Shown here: one piece after another, positions 20,701 to 29,432 of the stretch | Layout: each line of letters starts with the position of its first letter | How positions within the stretch are numbered: position 1 is the stretch's first letter | DNA from: Verrucomicrobiia bacterium | Lineage (GTDB): Bacteria; Verrucomicrobiota; Verrucomicrobiia; Limisphaerales; UBA11358 | Length of the DNA stretch: 64,000 nucleotides | Assembly: GCA_031290985.1 (NCBI GenBank) | Contig: JARLJW010000111.1 | Span: forward strand, 52,104 to 116,103 | Direction: 5' to 3' | Translations under genes and position numbers: made by a program | The notes under the pieces: model-generated | Database searches by the model: none | Told to the model about the DNA's origin: nothing | The model's input: the letters and a program-made list of their open reading frames with translations, nothing else

Positions 20701-23700
20701 GCTCCTGCTGGTCTGGCTCGCGGCGCCGTGGATTGCGTGGTGGATCAGCCAGCCGATTAATTCGGCAGCTCCGGAGTTGACGGCCGGACAAGCGGCCTTT
20801 CTGCGCCGCACCGCACGCCTGACCTGGCATTTTTTTGACACCTTTGTCAGTGCGCTGGAGAACTGGCTGCCGCCGGATAATTTTCAAGAAATTCCCGCCC
20901 CGACCATTGCCACCCGCACCTCGCCCACGAACCTGGGTCTCGCGCTGCTCGCCAATCTCGCCGCCCGCGACTTGGGCTATCTCCCCCTGGGCGGCCTGGT
21001 TAAACGGACGGAAGCCACGCTGGCGACCATGCAAAAGCTCGAACGGCATCGCGGTCACTTTTTCAACTGGTATGAAACACGAACGCTCAAACCGCTGCTC
21101 CCGCTCTACATTTCCAGCGTGGACAGCGGCAATCTGGCGGGACATTTGCTGACCCTCGCCGCCGGGTTGCGTGAACAGGCCGATGAAAGTATTTTCACGC
21201 CCCAGATTTTTGCCGGTCTGCGGGACACGGTAAAAATCCTCAAAGAGCTGGCCCCCGAAAACCAGCTGCTCACGGAACTTGAATCGGAATTTGAGCCGGC
21301 GCCCGCCAGCCTGAGCGCCGCGTTTGCCTGGTTGAAAAAGGCCGCCAGCCACGCTGCCAAGATTGCGGCCAGCCTGGCGGGTGAAGAGAAAGCCACCAGC
21401 CGGTGGGCGCAGATTTTGCAACGCGATTGTGAAGCGCATCTGGCAGAATGGCAGTTCCTGGCGCCCTGGCTGGCCTTGCCGGCCCCAATTCGCCGCCGCC
21501 AAGACGACGGTGCGCCGGCGGCAAAGGCGGAAAACGGAAGGCGCACAGGGGGGAATAATCCAGGCATCCGGGCACCGGCCGCCACCACAATGGCCGAAAA
21601 GTTCGCCCGGCTCGACCAGGGTCTGACCTTGCGTGAAGTCTCGCTGCTGGACCAATCGCCGGCGCCAATGATTGATGATGACGCCGGCTTTGCTGAACTG
21701 TCGCGCTGCCTGCGGGAAGCCGCCGACCACGCCCGCCAGCGCATGCGCGAACTCGAAGCCCTGGCAAAGCAATGCGATGAACTGGCCGCGATGGATTTTG
21801 CTTTTCTGTTCAATCCCGCCCGGGATTTGTTTTCCACCGGCTTCAATCTCACCGAACGCCGGTTTGACACCGGCTTCTATGATTTGCTGGCCTCGGAGGC
21901 GCGTTTGTGCAGCTACGTTGCCATCGCTTTGGGGCAGGTCCCGCAGGATCACTGGTTTTCAATGGGCCGGCTGCTGGTCGCCTCGCATGGTGAGCCCATC
22001 CTCGTTTCCTGGAGCGGTTCGATGTTCGAATACCTGATGCCGCTGCTGGTCATGCCAAACTATGAAAACACTTTGCTCGACCACACCTGCCGCGCGGCCG
22101 TGCAGCAGCAGATCGATTATGGAGAATTGCGCGGCGTGCCCTGGGGCATTTCCGAATCGGGCTACAACCGGACCGATGTTCAGTTGAATTACCAATACCG
22201 CGCCTTTGGCGTGCCCGGCCTGGGCTTGAAACGCGGACTGGCCGAGGACCTGGTGATCGCGCCTTATGCCACGGTCATGGCGCTGATGGTGTCGCCGGTG
22301 GCCGCGTGCGAAAATTTGCAACGGCTGGCGGCGGAGGGACGCATGGGGGCTTACGGCTTTCATGAAGCGGTGGATTACACGCCGGCACGCCTGCCGCCGG
22401 ACGAAACGAGTGCGACCATCCGATCATTCATGGCGCATCATCAAGGCATGAGCCTGCTGGCGCTGGTTGATTTGCTGCGGGACGGCCCCATGCAGCGGCG
22501 TTTCCTGGCCTGCCCGCTGCTCAAGGCGGCGGACTTGCTCCTGCAGGAGCGCGTGCCCAAAACCGCGGCGAGCGTGTTCATGGAGGATTTGAAATTGGAG
22601 GAGTCGCGCGTGCCTTCGGGCGAAGGTCAAAGCGTGATGCGCGTTTTAACGAATCCCACCGCGCCGGCGCCGGAGGTGCATCTTTTGTCCAATGGTCGTT
22701 ACCATGTGGTCATCAGCAGCGCGGGCGGCGGCTACAGCCGCTGGCGCGAACTGGCGGTCACCCGCTGGCGCGAAGACGCCACGCGCGATTGCTGGGGGAC
22801 GTTTGTCTATTTGCGCGATGTCGGGACCGGAGAATTCTGGTCCACTTCCCATCAGCCCACCTTGAAGATGACGAAGGGCTATGAAGCCATCTTCACGCAG
22901 GCGCGCGCGGAATTCCGCCATCGCCAGGCCGGCCTCGAGGTCCACACGGAGATCAGTGTGTCGCCGGAAGACGATTTGGAGCTGCGGCGCATCACCCTCA
23001 CCAACCGTTCGCCGGTGAAGCGTGAAGTTGAAATAACGAGTTACTCGGAAGTCGTGCTGGCCAGGCCGGACGCGGACGCGGCCCACCCCGCCTTCAGCAA
23101 TCTCTTCGTGCAAACCGAATTCGCACGCAAATCGTCCGCCATTCTCTGCACCCGCCGCGCCCGCTCCCAGGAGGAAAGACCGCCGTGGCTGCTGCATCTG
23201 ATGCAGATTCAAAGCGATGACAAGGGGGAAATTTCCTGCGAAACGGATCGTTCCCGGTTTGTGGGCCGCGGCGGCAGCCTGGCCAACCCGGCCGCGCTGC
23301 AGACCATTTCGCCGCTGTCCAACACCGTGGGGGCGGTGCTTGATCCCATCGTCGCCCTGCGGCGAACGGTCACTTTGCCGCCGTTTGGAACGGTCATCGT
23401 TGACCTGGTCCTGGGCGTCACCGAGAACCGGGAAGCCGCCCTCGCCCTCGTTGAAAAATATCAAAGCGCCCGGATGACTGACCGCGTCCTTGATCTCGCT
23501 TGGACGCACAGCCAGGTCACCTTGCACCAGCTCGACATCACCGAGGCGGAGGCGCAGCTCTATGGCCGGCTGGCGGGCGCGCTGATTTATGCCGACCCCG
23601 CGCGGCGCGCCAGCCCCGGCGTGCTGCTCAACAACCGGCGCGGACAAAACGGTCTTTGGAGCTACGGCATTTCCGGTGACCTGCCCATCGCCCTGCTTCG

Positions 23701-26515
23701 CATCAGTGACGCGGAGAAAATTGAGATTGTCCGGCAGCTCATCCAGGCGCATTCCTACTGGCGCATGAAGGGGCTGGCCGTTGACCTCGTCATCGTGAAC
23801 GAGGACGTTTCGGTTTACCGCCAATCGTTGCAGGACCAGATCACCACGCTGATTTCGTCCGGGATCGAGGCGCAAATGATGGACAAACCGGGCGGCATTT
23901 TTGTCCGGCGCCTCGAACAGATCCCCAATGATGACCGCGTGCTGCTGCAGGCCGCCGCGCGGCTGGTCCTCGACGATGAAAAAGGAACGCTGGCGGAGCA
24001 ACTGGAACATCGCAGTGTCCTGGAGCCGTCCGCCCCGCTTTTACGCACCAGCCGCTACCGTCCGCCCGAGGCGCCGGCGCCCCTGCCACCCCGCGAGCTG
24101 ATTTTTGACAACGGCTTCGGTGGCTTTACGCGTGATGGTCACGAATATGTCATCACGCTTCAGCCGGATCAGATGACACCCGCGCCGTGGGTCAATGTGC
24201 TGGCCAATCCCTTTTTCGGCACGGTGATTTCCGAAAGCGGCGCGGCCTATACCTGGGTGGAGAACTCCCATGAATTTCGGCTGACACCCTGGAGCAACGA
24301 TCCGGTGCAGGACACCACGGGTGAAGCGTTTTACATTCGCGATGACCAGACCGGCCAGTTTTGGTCGCCCACGCCATCGCCTGCGCGCGGCGGGACGCCT
24401 TATGTCATCCGCCACGGCTTCGGCTACACCGTTTTTGAGCATACCGAATACGGCATTGCCTCCGAGCTGTGGGTCTATGTGGCGATCGATGCGCCGGTGA
24501 AATTTTCCGTCTTGAAGCTGCGGAATATCTCCGGCCGTCCCCGCCGCCTGTCGGTGACGGGTTATATGGAATGGGTGCTGGGCGACTTGCGGCATAAAAG
24601 CCTGTTACACGTGCAAACCGAGATGGACCTCAAGACCGGTGCGCTGCTGGCGCGCAATTATTTCAACACCGAATTCTCCAACCGGATTGTGTTCCTGGAC
24701 GTGAACGATGCCACCGCCACCTTCACTGGTGATCGCAAAGAATTCATCGGCCGCAACGGAAGCCTGGCGCAGCCGGCGGCGATGAAACGCGCGCGTTTGT
24801 CCGGCAAAGTCGGTGCCGGGCTGGACCCGTGCGGCGCGGTGCAGGTGGCCGTCAATTTATCGGCCGGCGAGGAACGGGAAACCTGTTTTCGACTCGGCGT
24901 CGGCCGCAGCGCGGCGGACGTGCAGGTGCTCATCCGGCGCTTCCGCCGGGCCGACGCCATCCGCGTCGCCCTCGAAGCCGTCTGGGCTTATTGGAACCGT
25001 ACGCTGGGCGCGGTGAATGTGGATACGCCCGATCCCGCCGTCAACGTGATGGCGAACGGCTGGCTGATGTATCAAACCTTGAGCTGCCGGCTCTGGGGCC
25101 GGACGGGGTTCTATCAATCCGGGGGCGCCTATGGTTTTCGCGACCAGTTGCAGGATGTCATGGCGGTGGTGCATTGCGAACCGGCGCTGGCCCGCGAACA
25201 TCTGCTCCGGGCGGCCGCGCGCCAATTCCGCGAAGGCGATGTGCAACACTGGTGGCACCCTCCTTCGGGCCGCGGCGTGCGGACGCATTTTTCCGACGAC
25301 TTTTTGTGGCTGCCTTATGTGACCTGCCGCTATGTCTCATGTGTCGCGGACACGGGCGTGCTCGACGAACCGATTACATTTCTGGAAGCCCGGACCGTCA
25401 AGGCGGAAGAGGAGTCCTATTATGACCTGCCGAACTGCTCGGAAGAGTCGGCCACGCTTTACCAACATTGTGTGCGCGCCATTGAGCGGGGGCTGAAATT
25501 CGGCGAGCATGGGCTGCCGCTGATGGGCTGCGGTGATTGGAACGACGGGATGAACCTGGTGGGGAAGGATGGTCGCGGCGAAAGTGTGTGGCTCGCATTT
25601 TTTCTGTACGACGTGCTGACGCAGTTTGCCAGACTGGCGCGCGCGCGCAACGACCCCGCCTTCGCCGACCGTTGCCTCGCCCAGGCCCGGCAACTGCAAA
25701 AGAACATCGAACTGCACGCCTGGGATGGTCAATGGTATCGGCGCGCCTACTTCGACAACGGCGAACCGCTCGGCTCCGAAACCAACCCCGAATGCCAGAT
25801 TGATTCGCTGCCCCAAAGCTGGTCGGTGATCAGCGGTGCCGGCGAGCCGGAGCGTTCCCGTCAGGCGATGAATGCCGTGGACCAGCGCCTGGTTCGTCGC
25901 AAGACCGGGTTGATTCAATTGTTTGATCCGCCCTTCGACAAATCCATGCTTAATCCCGGTTACATCAAAGGCTACATTCCGGGCGTACGTGAAAACGGCG
26001 GCCAATATACCCACGGTGCGATCTGGACCACCATGGCCTTTGCCTTGATGGGAGAAAATGAGCGCGCCTGGGAACTTTTTACGCTGCTCAATCCCATCCA
26101 TCACGGCGGGACGCCCACACAGATTGCCACCTACAAAGTTGAGCCCTATGTCGTCGCGGCTGATGTTTATGCCGTCGCTCCGCACACGGGCCGGGGCGGT
26201 TGGACTTGGTATACGGGTTCGGCCGGCTGGATGTACCGGCTGCTGATGGAAACTCTTTTGGGCGTGAATCTCGAAGGCGACCGGCTCCGCCTGACGCCCC
26301 GGCTGCCGAAAAGTTGGACGACCTGCAAAATTCATTACCGCTACCGCCTGACCATTTATCACATCACCATCACCCCGCTCGCCGCGGATGCCGCCGAAGC
26401 GGATCAACTTACTCTCGATGGCGAAAATTTGGACGTGAAAACCATTCCCTTGGTGGATGACCGCCGTGAGCATTTTGTCGAATTAAAAGTCTGGAGTCGC
26501 CCGGATCAGCCGTGA
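17768..26515 (+). CDS. cgs: cyclic beta-1,2-glucan synthase homolog (Cgs/ChvB/NdvB-type: TM + GT84-like + GH94-like phosphorylase region)
   Basis: ORF 17714-26515 (2933 aa); ATG at 17768 preferred. Size and layout match Cgs. There is a long cytoplasmic N-terminal region, then TM clusters (LVFYVGGIGGLTLLATFLF and others). The glycosyltransferase region reads VVPTMLTS ... ITLDTDTQLPREAA ... RRHRWIRGDWQ. The C-terminal phosphorylase-like region reads RDQLQDVMAV, FSDDFLWLP, GCGDWNDGMN, ENGGQYTHGAIW. Confidence 0.85.
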   Translation: MQTLPVRLQKWMADIAHLRPSPGDLPLRAELFSVEQLARHAMSLAAHHRVVTQQGFNSLLDRLGQNEGILRTFNRATLAVKPGRRITPAAEWLLDNFYLIEEQIQMARRHLPRGYSRELPRLLNGPNTGLPRVYDIVLELISHVDAEIDAEPLNAFIAAYQKVHPLKLGELWALPIMLRLGLIENLQRVTTRLTIAREDRDLADLWVDRLQAMAEKDPSHLVIVVADMAKSDLSLSSSFVAEFCQRLSRQSPVLHLARGWLEQRLGQQGLSIEQLIQLDSQNQAADQVSVSHSITSLRFISAMDWKAFVESLSLVEATLQADPAGVYDAMDFSTRDRYRHAVEFLARNSRLSEAEVAQRAIEVAAASARLKGPGDRTAHVGFYLIDKGQVQFARQLKVRLPWRTIAERSIQRLPLVFYVGGIGGLTLLATFLFIRQARALEVPGGRLIFFTLVFLPCASQLAVTLMNWLSTLLVKPCLLPRMDYSEGIPGGCRTMVVVPTMLTSVAGVDRLIETLEIHHLANRDEYLHFALLTDFRDAPAAVSPGDEILLQRAQAGIELLNKKYVSSEPGRFFLFHRPRRWNAGEGLWMGYERKRGKLMEFNALLRGGRRDCFSKIIGATTILPAVKYVITLDTDTQLPREAARQLVGTMAHPLNHPVFDDARGVVREGYSILQPRVGVSLPSARRSWFVRLFAGDAGIDPYTREVSDVYQDVFQEGSFIGKGIYDVDAFQRAMAGRFPENTILSHDLLEACHARSALVCDVEFYEEYPSRYDVDVKRRHRWIRGDWQITQWLLPRVPGPDSRRIINPLSILSQWKIFDNLRRSLVPPAWLLLLLGGWLLVPELGGLALLLVLGLIGLPGLVVALVNALRKPDDLPWAMHLHEAARACSRQLGQTFLALAFLAYDAFISADAICKTVLRLLVTHKRLLEWQTSSDSERTNRADLADFYATMWMAPGMALAAGSFLFIRHPVQLFFTLPLLLVWLAAPWIAWWISQPINSAAPELTAGQAAFLRRTARLTWHFFDTFVSALENWLPPDNFQEIPAPTIATRTSPTNLGLALLANLAARDLGYLPLGGLVKRTEATLATMQKLERHRGHFFNWYETRTLKPLLPLYISSVDSGNLAGHLLTLAAGLREQADESIFTPQIFAGLRDTVKILKELAPENQLLTELESEFEPAPASLSAAFAWLKKAASHAAKIAASLAGEEKATSRWAQILQRDCEAHLAEWQFLAPWLALPAPIRRRQDDGAPAAKAENGRRTGGNNPGIRAPAATTMAEKFARLDQGLTLREVSLLDQSPAPMIDDDAGFAELSRCLREAADHARQRMRELEALAKQCDELAAMDFAFLFNPARDLFSTGFNLTERRFDTGFYDLLASEARLCSYVAIALGQVPQDHWFSMGRLLVASHGEPILVSWSGSMFEYLMPLLVMPNYENTLLDHTCRAAVQQQIDYGELRGVPWGISESGYNRTDVQLNYQYRAFGVPGLGLKRGLAEDLVIAPYATVMALMVSPVAACENLQRLAAEGRMGAYGFHEAVDYTPARLPPDETSATIRSFMAHHQGMSLLALVDLLRDGPMQRRFLACPLLKAADLLLQERVPKTAASVFMEDLKLEESRVPSGEGQSVMRVLTNPTAPAPEVHLLSNGRYHVVISSAGGGYSRWRELAVTRWREDATRDCWGTFVYLRDVGTGEFWSTSHQPTLKMTKGYEAIFTQARAEFRHRQAGLEVHTEISVSPEDDLELRRITLTNRSPVKREVEITSYSEVVLARPDADAAHPAFSNLFVQTEFARKSSAILCTRRARSQEERPPWLLHLMQIQSDDKGEISCETDRSRFVGRGGSLANPAALQTISPLSNTVGAVLDPIVALRRTVTLPPFGTVIVDLVLGVTENREAALALVEKYQSARMTDRVLDLAWTHSQVTLHQLDITEAEAQLYGRLAGALIYADPARRASPGVLLNNRRGQNGLWSYGISGDLPIALLRISDAEKIEIVRQLIQAHSYWRMKGLAVDLVIVNEDVSVYRQSLQDQITTLISSGIEAQMMDKPGGIFVRRLEQIPNDDRVLLQAAARLVLDDEKGTLAEQLEHRSVLEPSAPLLRTSRYRPPEAPAPLPPRELIFDNGFGGFTRDGHEYVITLQPDQMTPAPWVNVLANPFFGTVISESGAAYTWVENSHEFRLTPWSNDPVQDTTGEAFYIRDDQTGQFWSPTPSPARGGTPYVIRHGFGYTVFEHTEYGIASELWVYVAIDAPVKFSVLKLRNISGRPRRLSVTGYMEWVLGDLRHKSLLHVQTEMDLKTGALLARNYFNTEFSNRIVFLDVNDATATFTGDRKEFIGRNGSLAQPAAMKRARLSGKVGAGLDPCGAVQVAVNLSAGEERETCFRLGVGRSAADVQVLIRRFRRADAIRVALEAVWAYWNRTLGAVNVDTPDPAVNVMANGWLMYQTLSCRLWGRTGFYQSGGAYGFRDQLQDVMAVVHCEPALAREHLLRAAARQFREGDVQHWWHPPSGRGVRTHFSDDFLWLPYVTCRYVSCVADTGVLDEPITFLEARTVKAEEESYYDLPNCSEESATLYQHCVRAIERGLKFGEHGLPLMGCGDWNDGMNLVGKDGRGESVWLAFFLYDVLTQFARLARARNDPAFADRCLAQARQLQKNIELHAWDGQWYRRAYFDNGEPLGSETNPECQIDSLPQSWSVISGAGEPERSRQAMNAVDQRLVRRKTGLIQLFDPPFDKSMLNPGYIKGYIPGVRENGGQYTHGAIWTTMAFALMGENERAWELFTLLNPIHHGGTPTQIATYKVEPYVVAADVYAVAPHTGRGGWTWYTGSAGWMYRLLMETLLGVNLEGDRLRLTPRLPKSWTTCKIHYRYRLTIYHITITPLAADAAEADQLTLDGENLDVKTIPLVDDRREHFVELKVWSRPDQP

Positions 26516-27018
26516 GCCATCAGCGGTACGTCGATGTGCCCGATGACTCCGAAAATCGCGCGGCTGCCGCGAAACCGCCAAAGCCAAAGGCTGCCCTCGG
26601 CGCAGTGCCAGTGAGATTGCCAGTGTTGCGATGAACGAGTTCAGAGTGGTTTATGTAATTTGCGGCAGGGTTATACCCCATAGGATTCGCCTGGCCCGGT
26701 GGGTAATGTGACATTATGAAATCTTCACTTGCAGCAGGCATGGCTTCCAAATTGGTTCGGTCGGAAAGCGATCAACCGGCGGGTGGCCCCCAGACCGCCA
26801 CCAACGGCATCCTTCGGGATGGCAGGCCATGCTTGACCGGATACGGGCGGCCAATCCAGGTTGGACGCAGTCCGGTGCGCAGCCCTGATGCGTCTGCTTT
26901 AATGATGTCTCAGTTGGGTTGAGTTGCGCGAGGATTTCCCGGCAGGAGCGGCGGTCTCCCGCGAAGCTGATTTCCCCAAGGGAAAAAACCCGGCATAATC
27001 TGCGGCTCAAAATGAATC

Positions 27019-27132
27019 ATGAAGATCGCCATCATCATTGCCCGCGCTTTGCCCGGGCTCATATTCTTTGCATTCGGATTGCAACTGCAGATTTCGCATG
27101 GTGATCGTCGGATTGAAATCCATTTTTGGTAA
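27019..27132 (+). pseudogene. 37-codon mini-ORF resembling the N-terminus of a DoxX-like membrane protein (possible truncated remnant)
   Basis: My translation: MKIAIIIARALPGLIFFAFGLQLQISHGDRRIEIHFW*. The first 21 residues look like a DoxX-type TM1, then the similarity ends. Lies in a lower-GC stretch 3' of tRNA-Gly. Confidence 0.2.
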
Positions 27133-27246
27133 AAATATTGCCACCGCAATGTTTAGCACATGGGCAAAAATGAATATTTCTAAACTTGGAATTTCACCCC
27201 AAAAAACATCGGCGGTTGAACCGCGAATTAGCAACGTGAAAATGAA

Positions 27247-27320
27247 TGGAGCGGGCGAAGGGAATCGAACCCTCGTGTGCAGTTTGGAAGACTGCCGTTC
27301 TACCATTGAACTACGCCCGC
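27247..27320 (-). tRNA. tRNA-Gly (anticodon UCC), CCA encoded
   Basis: The reverse complement folds as a cloverleaf. Acceptor GCGGGCG/CGCCCGC; D-arm GTTC-AATGGTA-GAAC. Anticodon arm GCAGT-CTTCCAA-ACTGC, giving anticodon TCC. T-arm GAGGG-TTCGATT-CCCTT, then TCCA. Confidence 0.95.
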
Positions 27321-27475
27321 AGTAGACCCGCCAAGGATACCGCCCGTGCCCCGCTTGTCAACCCAAGGGGACGCATTACAGGCGCTTTGGGGCGGGGCGG
27401 ACATTGATGCGTCAGCGGTTCCGTTGTCGCATAGTTTTCCCGCCGCCCTGCCGGCGGAACAAGGTTAACTTCAAG

Positions 27476-27516
27476 ATGAAAAAAAGCATAACCTTCCCCC
27501 GCGCGCTTGCGTCTGA
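27476..27516 (+). promoter_or_regulatory. conserved upstream element P1 (A-tract + AACCTT-N14-CGTCTGA), ECF-sigma-like promoter candidate
   Basis: ATGAAAAAAAGCATAACCTTCCCCCGCGCGCTTGCGTCTGA. The AAC-N17-CGT spacing is as in ECF-type promoters. AACCTT lies exactly 36 nt before the ATG, the same as in P2. Confidence 0.4.
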
Positions 27517-27525
27517 GTTGGGGTA

Positions 27526-28272
27526 ATGGTCGCAAGGAAAATCAGCTTTCAACGCCGCGCGTTCACTTTGATCGAACTGCTCGTCGTCATCGCCATCATC
27601 GCGATTCTCGCGGCGATGCTGCTGCCCGCGCTCGCCAAGGCCAAGGAAACCGGCAAGCGCATCGCCTGCAACAACAACCTCCGCCAGCTCGGCATCGCCA
27701 TGCGCCTGTATGTGGACGACAGCCACGGCGTGCTCCCGCCGCACATCATCTCCGAACGCTGGCCGTACAAGTTTTACGATTACTACGGCAAAAACCTGAA
27801 GGTTTTGTTGTGCCCGAGCGAAGTCACCAACGCGCCGTTGACCATCGGGCCGTCCAACAACATCGCCGACGCCGCGAATCGCAGCTACTTCATCAACGGC
27901 TGGAACGATTATTTCTACAACAAGCTTGGCGAACCTGATTTTTCCACCCTGTACATGCACGGCAACTACCTGATCGGGCTGAATGAAAACGCGGTCCTCC
28001 ACCCCAGCGAGACCATCTTGCTGGGCGAAAAGATCGCCGGGCGCGGCGATTTTTACATGGACATGCGGGCGGGCAACGGCGACGACTTTGCCGGCGCCGT
28101 CGCGCAGGATCAACATTCCGGCCGCGGCCAGGGCAGCGGCGCGGGCGGCAGCAACAGCACTTTCGCCGACGGCAGCACCCGTTACTACAAATACGGCGCG
28201 GCCTTTGACCCGCTCAACCTCTGGGCCGTCAGCGATGCCGACCGCGTCACTTACATGATCGACTTCCACTGA
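27526..28272 (+). CDS. prepilin-type N-terminal cleavage/methylation domain protein, paralog 1
   Basis: [56 protein letters not shown]. Colinear with the downstream paralog along its whole length. Confidence 0.9.
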   Translation: MVARKISFQRRAFTLIELLVVIAIIAILAAMLLPALAKAKETGKRIACNNNLRQLGIAMRLYVDDSHGVLPPHIISERWPYKFYDYYGKNLKVLLCPSEVTNAPLTIGPSNNIADAANRSYFINGWNDYFYNKLGEPDFSTLYMHGNYLIGLNENAVLHPSETILLGEKIAGRGDFYMDMRAGNGDDFAGAVAQDQHSGRGQGSGAGGSNSTFADGSTRYYKYGAAFDPLNLWAVSDADRVTYMIDFH

Positions 28273-28374
28273 CGCGCCACGCACGACGCCTCGCCTCGTC
28301 CACGGCGGCAAAAATGAGCCGTTGGCGGTAAAATCGGGACCGCGCGACGTTCCGGTTACGTCAACCGCGCAGCG

Positions 28375-28415
28375 TTGAAAAAAGTTTTAACCTTGCCGCG
28401 TCCCGCCACGTCTTT
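28375..28415 (+). promoter_or_regulatory. conserved upstream element P2 (A-tract + AACCTT-N14-CGTCTTT)
   Basis: TTGAAAAAAGTTTTAACCTTGCCGCGTCCCGCCACGTCTTT. Same architecture and same 36-nt distance to the ATG as P1. Confidence 0.4.
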
Positions 28416-28424
28416 GGTTGAATA

Positions 28425-29183
28425 ATGTTTGCAAGGAATAAAAACTTTCAGCGCCCCGCGTTCACCCTGATTGAACTGCTTGTGGTCATCGCCATCATTG
28501 CGATCCTCGCGGCGATGTTGCTGCCCGCGCTGGGCAAGGCCAAGGAAACCGCCAAGCGCATCTCCTGCAACAACAATCTGCGACAGCTCGGCCTCGCCAT
28601 GCGGGTGTATGTGGACGACAACCAGGGGGTGATTCCGCCGCGCACCAGCGGCATCCGCTGGCCGAACAAGTTGTACGACGCTTACGGCAAAAACCTCAAA
28701 GTATTGCTCTGCCCAAGCGAGACCACCAACTCCCCCGCGACCGCCGGCCTGCCCAACACCGATGCCGACGCCGCGCCGCGCAGTTATTTCATCAACGGCT
28801 GGAGCGATTACTTTTATGACAAGCTGGGGGCGGCCGATTACACCAGCCTGTACATCACCGGCCTCTACCCGAACGGGCTCAAGGAGACGGAGATCATCCA
28901 TCCGAGTGATACGATTTTGCTCGGTGAAAAAATTTCCGACCGGGGTGATTTTTACATGGACATGCTGTCGGGCAAACTGGACGGCACCGGGGACGACACC
29001 ACCGGGGCGGTGGCCCAGGATCGTCATGCCGGTCGCGGCGAAGGCAGCGGGACGGGCGGATCCAACAACACCTACTCCGATGGCAGCGTACGGTTCAACA
29101 AGTTTGGCACGGCCTTCGACCCGCTGAATTTGTGGGCGATCAGCGATGCCAACCGGGTCGCCGACGCCTTCATCTATCATTGA
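28425..29183 (+). CDS. prepilin-type N-terminal cleavage/methylation domain protein, paralog 2
   Basis: [56 protein letters not shown]. Shares [35 protein letters not shown] and [13 protein letters not shown] with paralog 1. Confidence 0.9.
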   Translation: MFARNKNFQRPAFTLIELLVVIAIIAILAAMLLPALGKAKETAKRISCNNNLRQLGLAMRVYVDDNQGVIPPRTSGIRWPNKLYDAYGKNLKVLLCPSETTNSPATAGLPNTDADAAPRSYFINGWSDYFYDKLGAADYTSLYITGLYPNGLKETEIIHPSDTILLGEKISDRGDFYMDMLSGKLDGTGDDTTGAVAQDRHAGRGEGSGTGGSNNTYSDGSVRFNKFGTAFDPLNLWAISDANRVADAFIYH

Positions 29184-29322
29184 GGTCTGGGCAGCCCCTT
29201 AAATTGGCCGGGACCGGGCACTGCGCTGAAAGCCTTTTGCAAAGACCGAAGCACCCGATCCGCCCTATCAACCGCTGACGCGTGCCGGCGACACTTGACA
29301 AGCCAGATTGATGCGTATTTCA

Positions 29323-29376
29323 TTGAAAAAAACACCTTGCCTTCTGACGATGGACCGACAGTTTGGAGGTTCAATG
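29323..29376 (+). promoter_or_regulatory. third, degenerate copy of the pilin-gene upstream element, followed by a 12-codon ORF
   Basis: TTGAAAAAAACACCTTGCCTTCTGACG...GTTTGGAGGTTCAATG aligns with P1/P2 (TTGAAAAAA, ACCTTGCC, GT.T..G.T...AATG). The ATG at 29374 opens only MPFGCIPSKTQS*. Confidence 0.35.
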
Positions 29377-29432
29377 CCTTTTGGGTGCATCCCTTCAAAA
29401 ACACAGTCTTAACGACGTAACCATAAACTTGT

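Noticed and set aside
26666-26684. Dispersed motif CAGGGTTAYACCCCATRG. Occurrences: 26666-26684; 35859-35876 with 16/18 identity; related GGGGTAACACCCCAT at 17548-17562. All are intergenic.
   Set aside because: My rough estimate is that 16/18 matches are expected tens of times by chance in a window this size (about 4e9 position pairs times 2e-8). It is worth a genome-wide count but not supportable from this window alone.
27007-27306. 99-aa ORF MVERQSSKLHTRVRFPSPAP...
   Set aside because: Its 5' part is simply the translation of the tRNA-Gly gene region. The remainder is low-GC non-coding flank.
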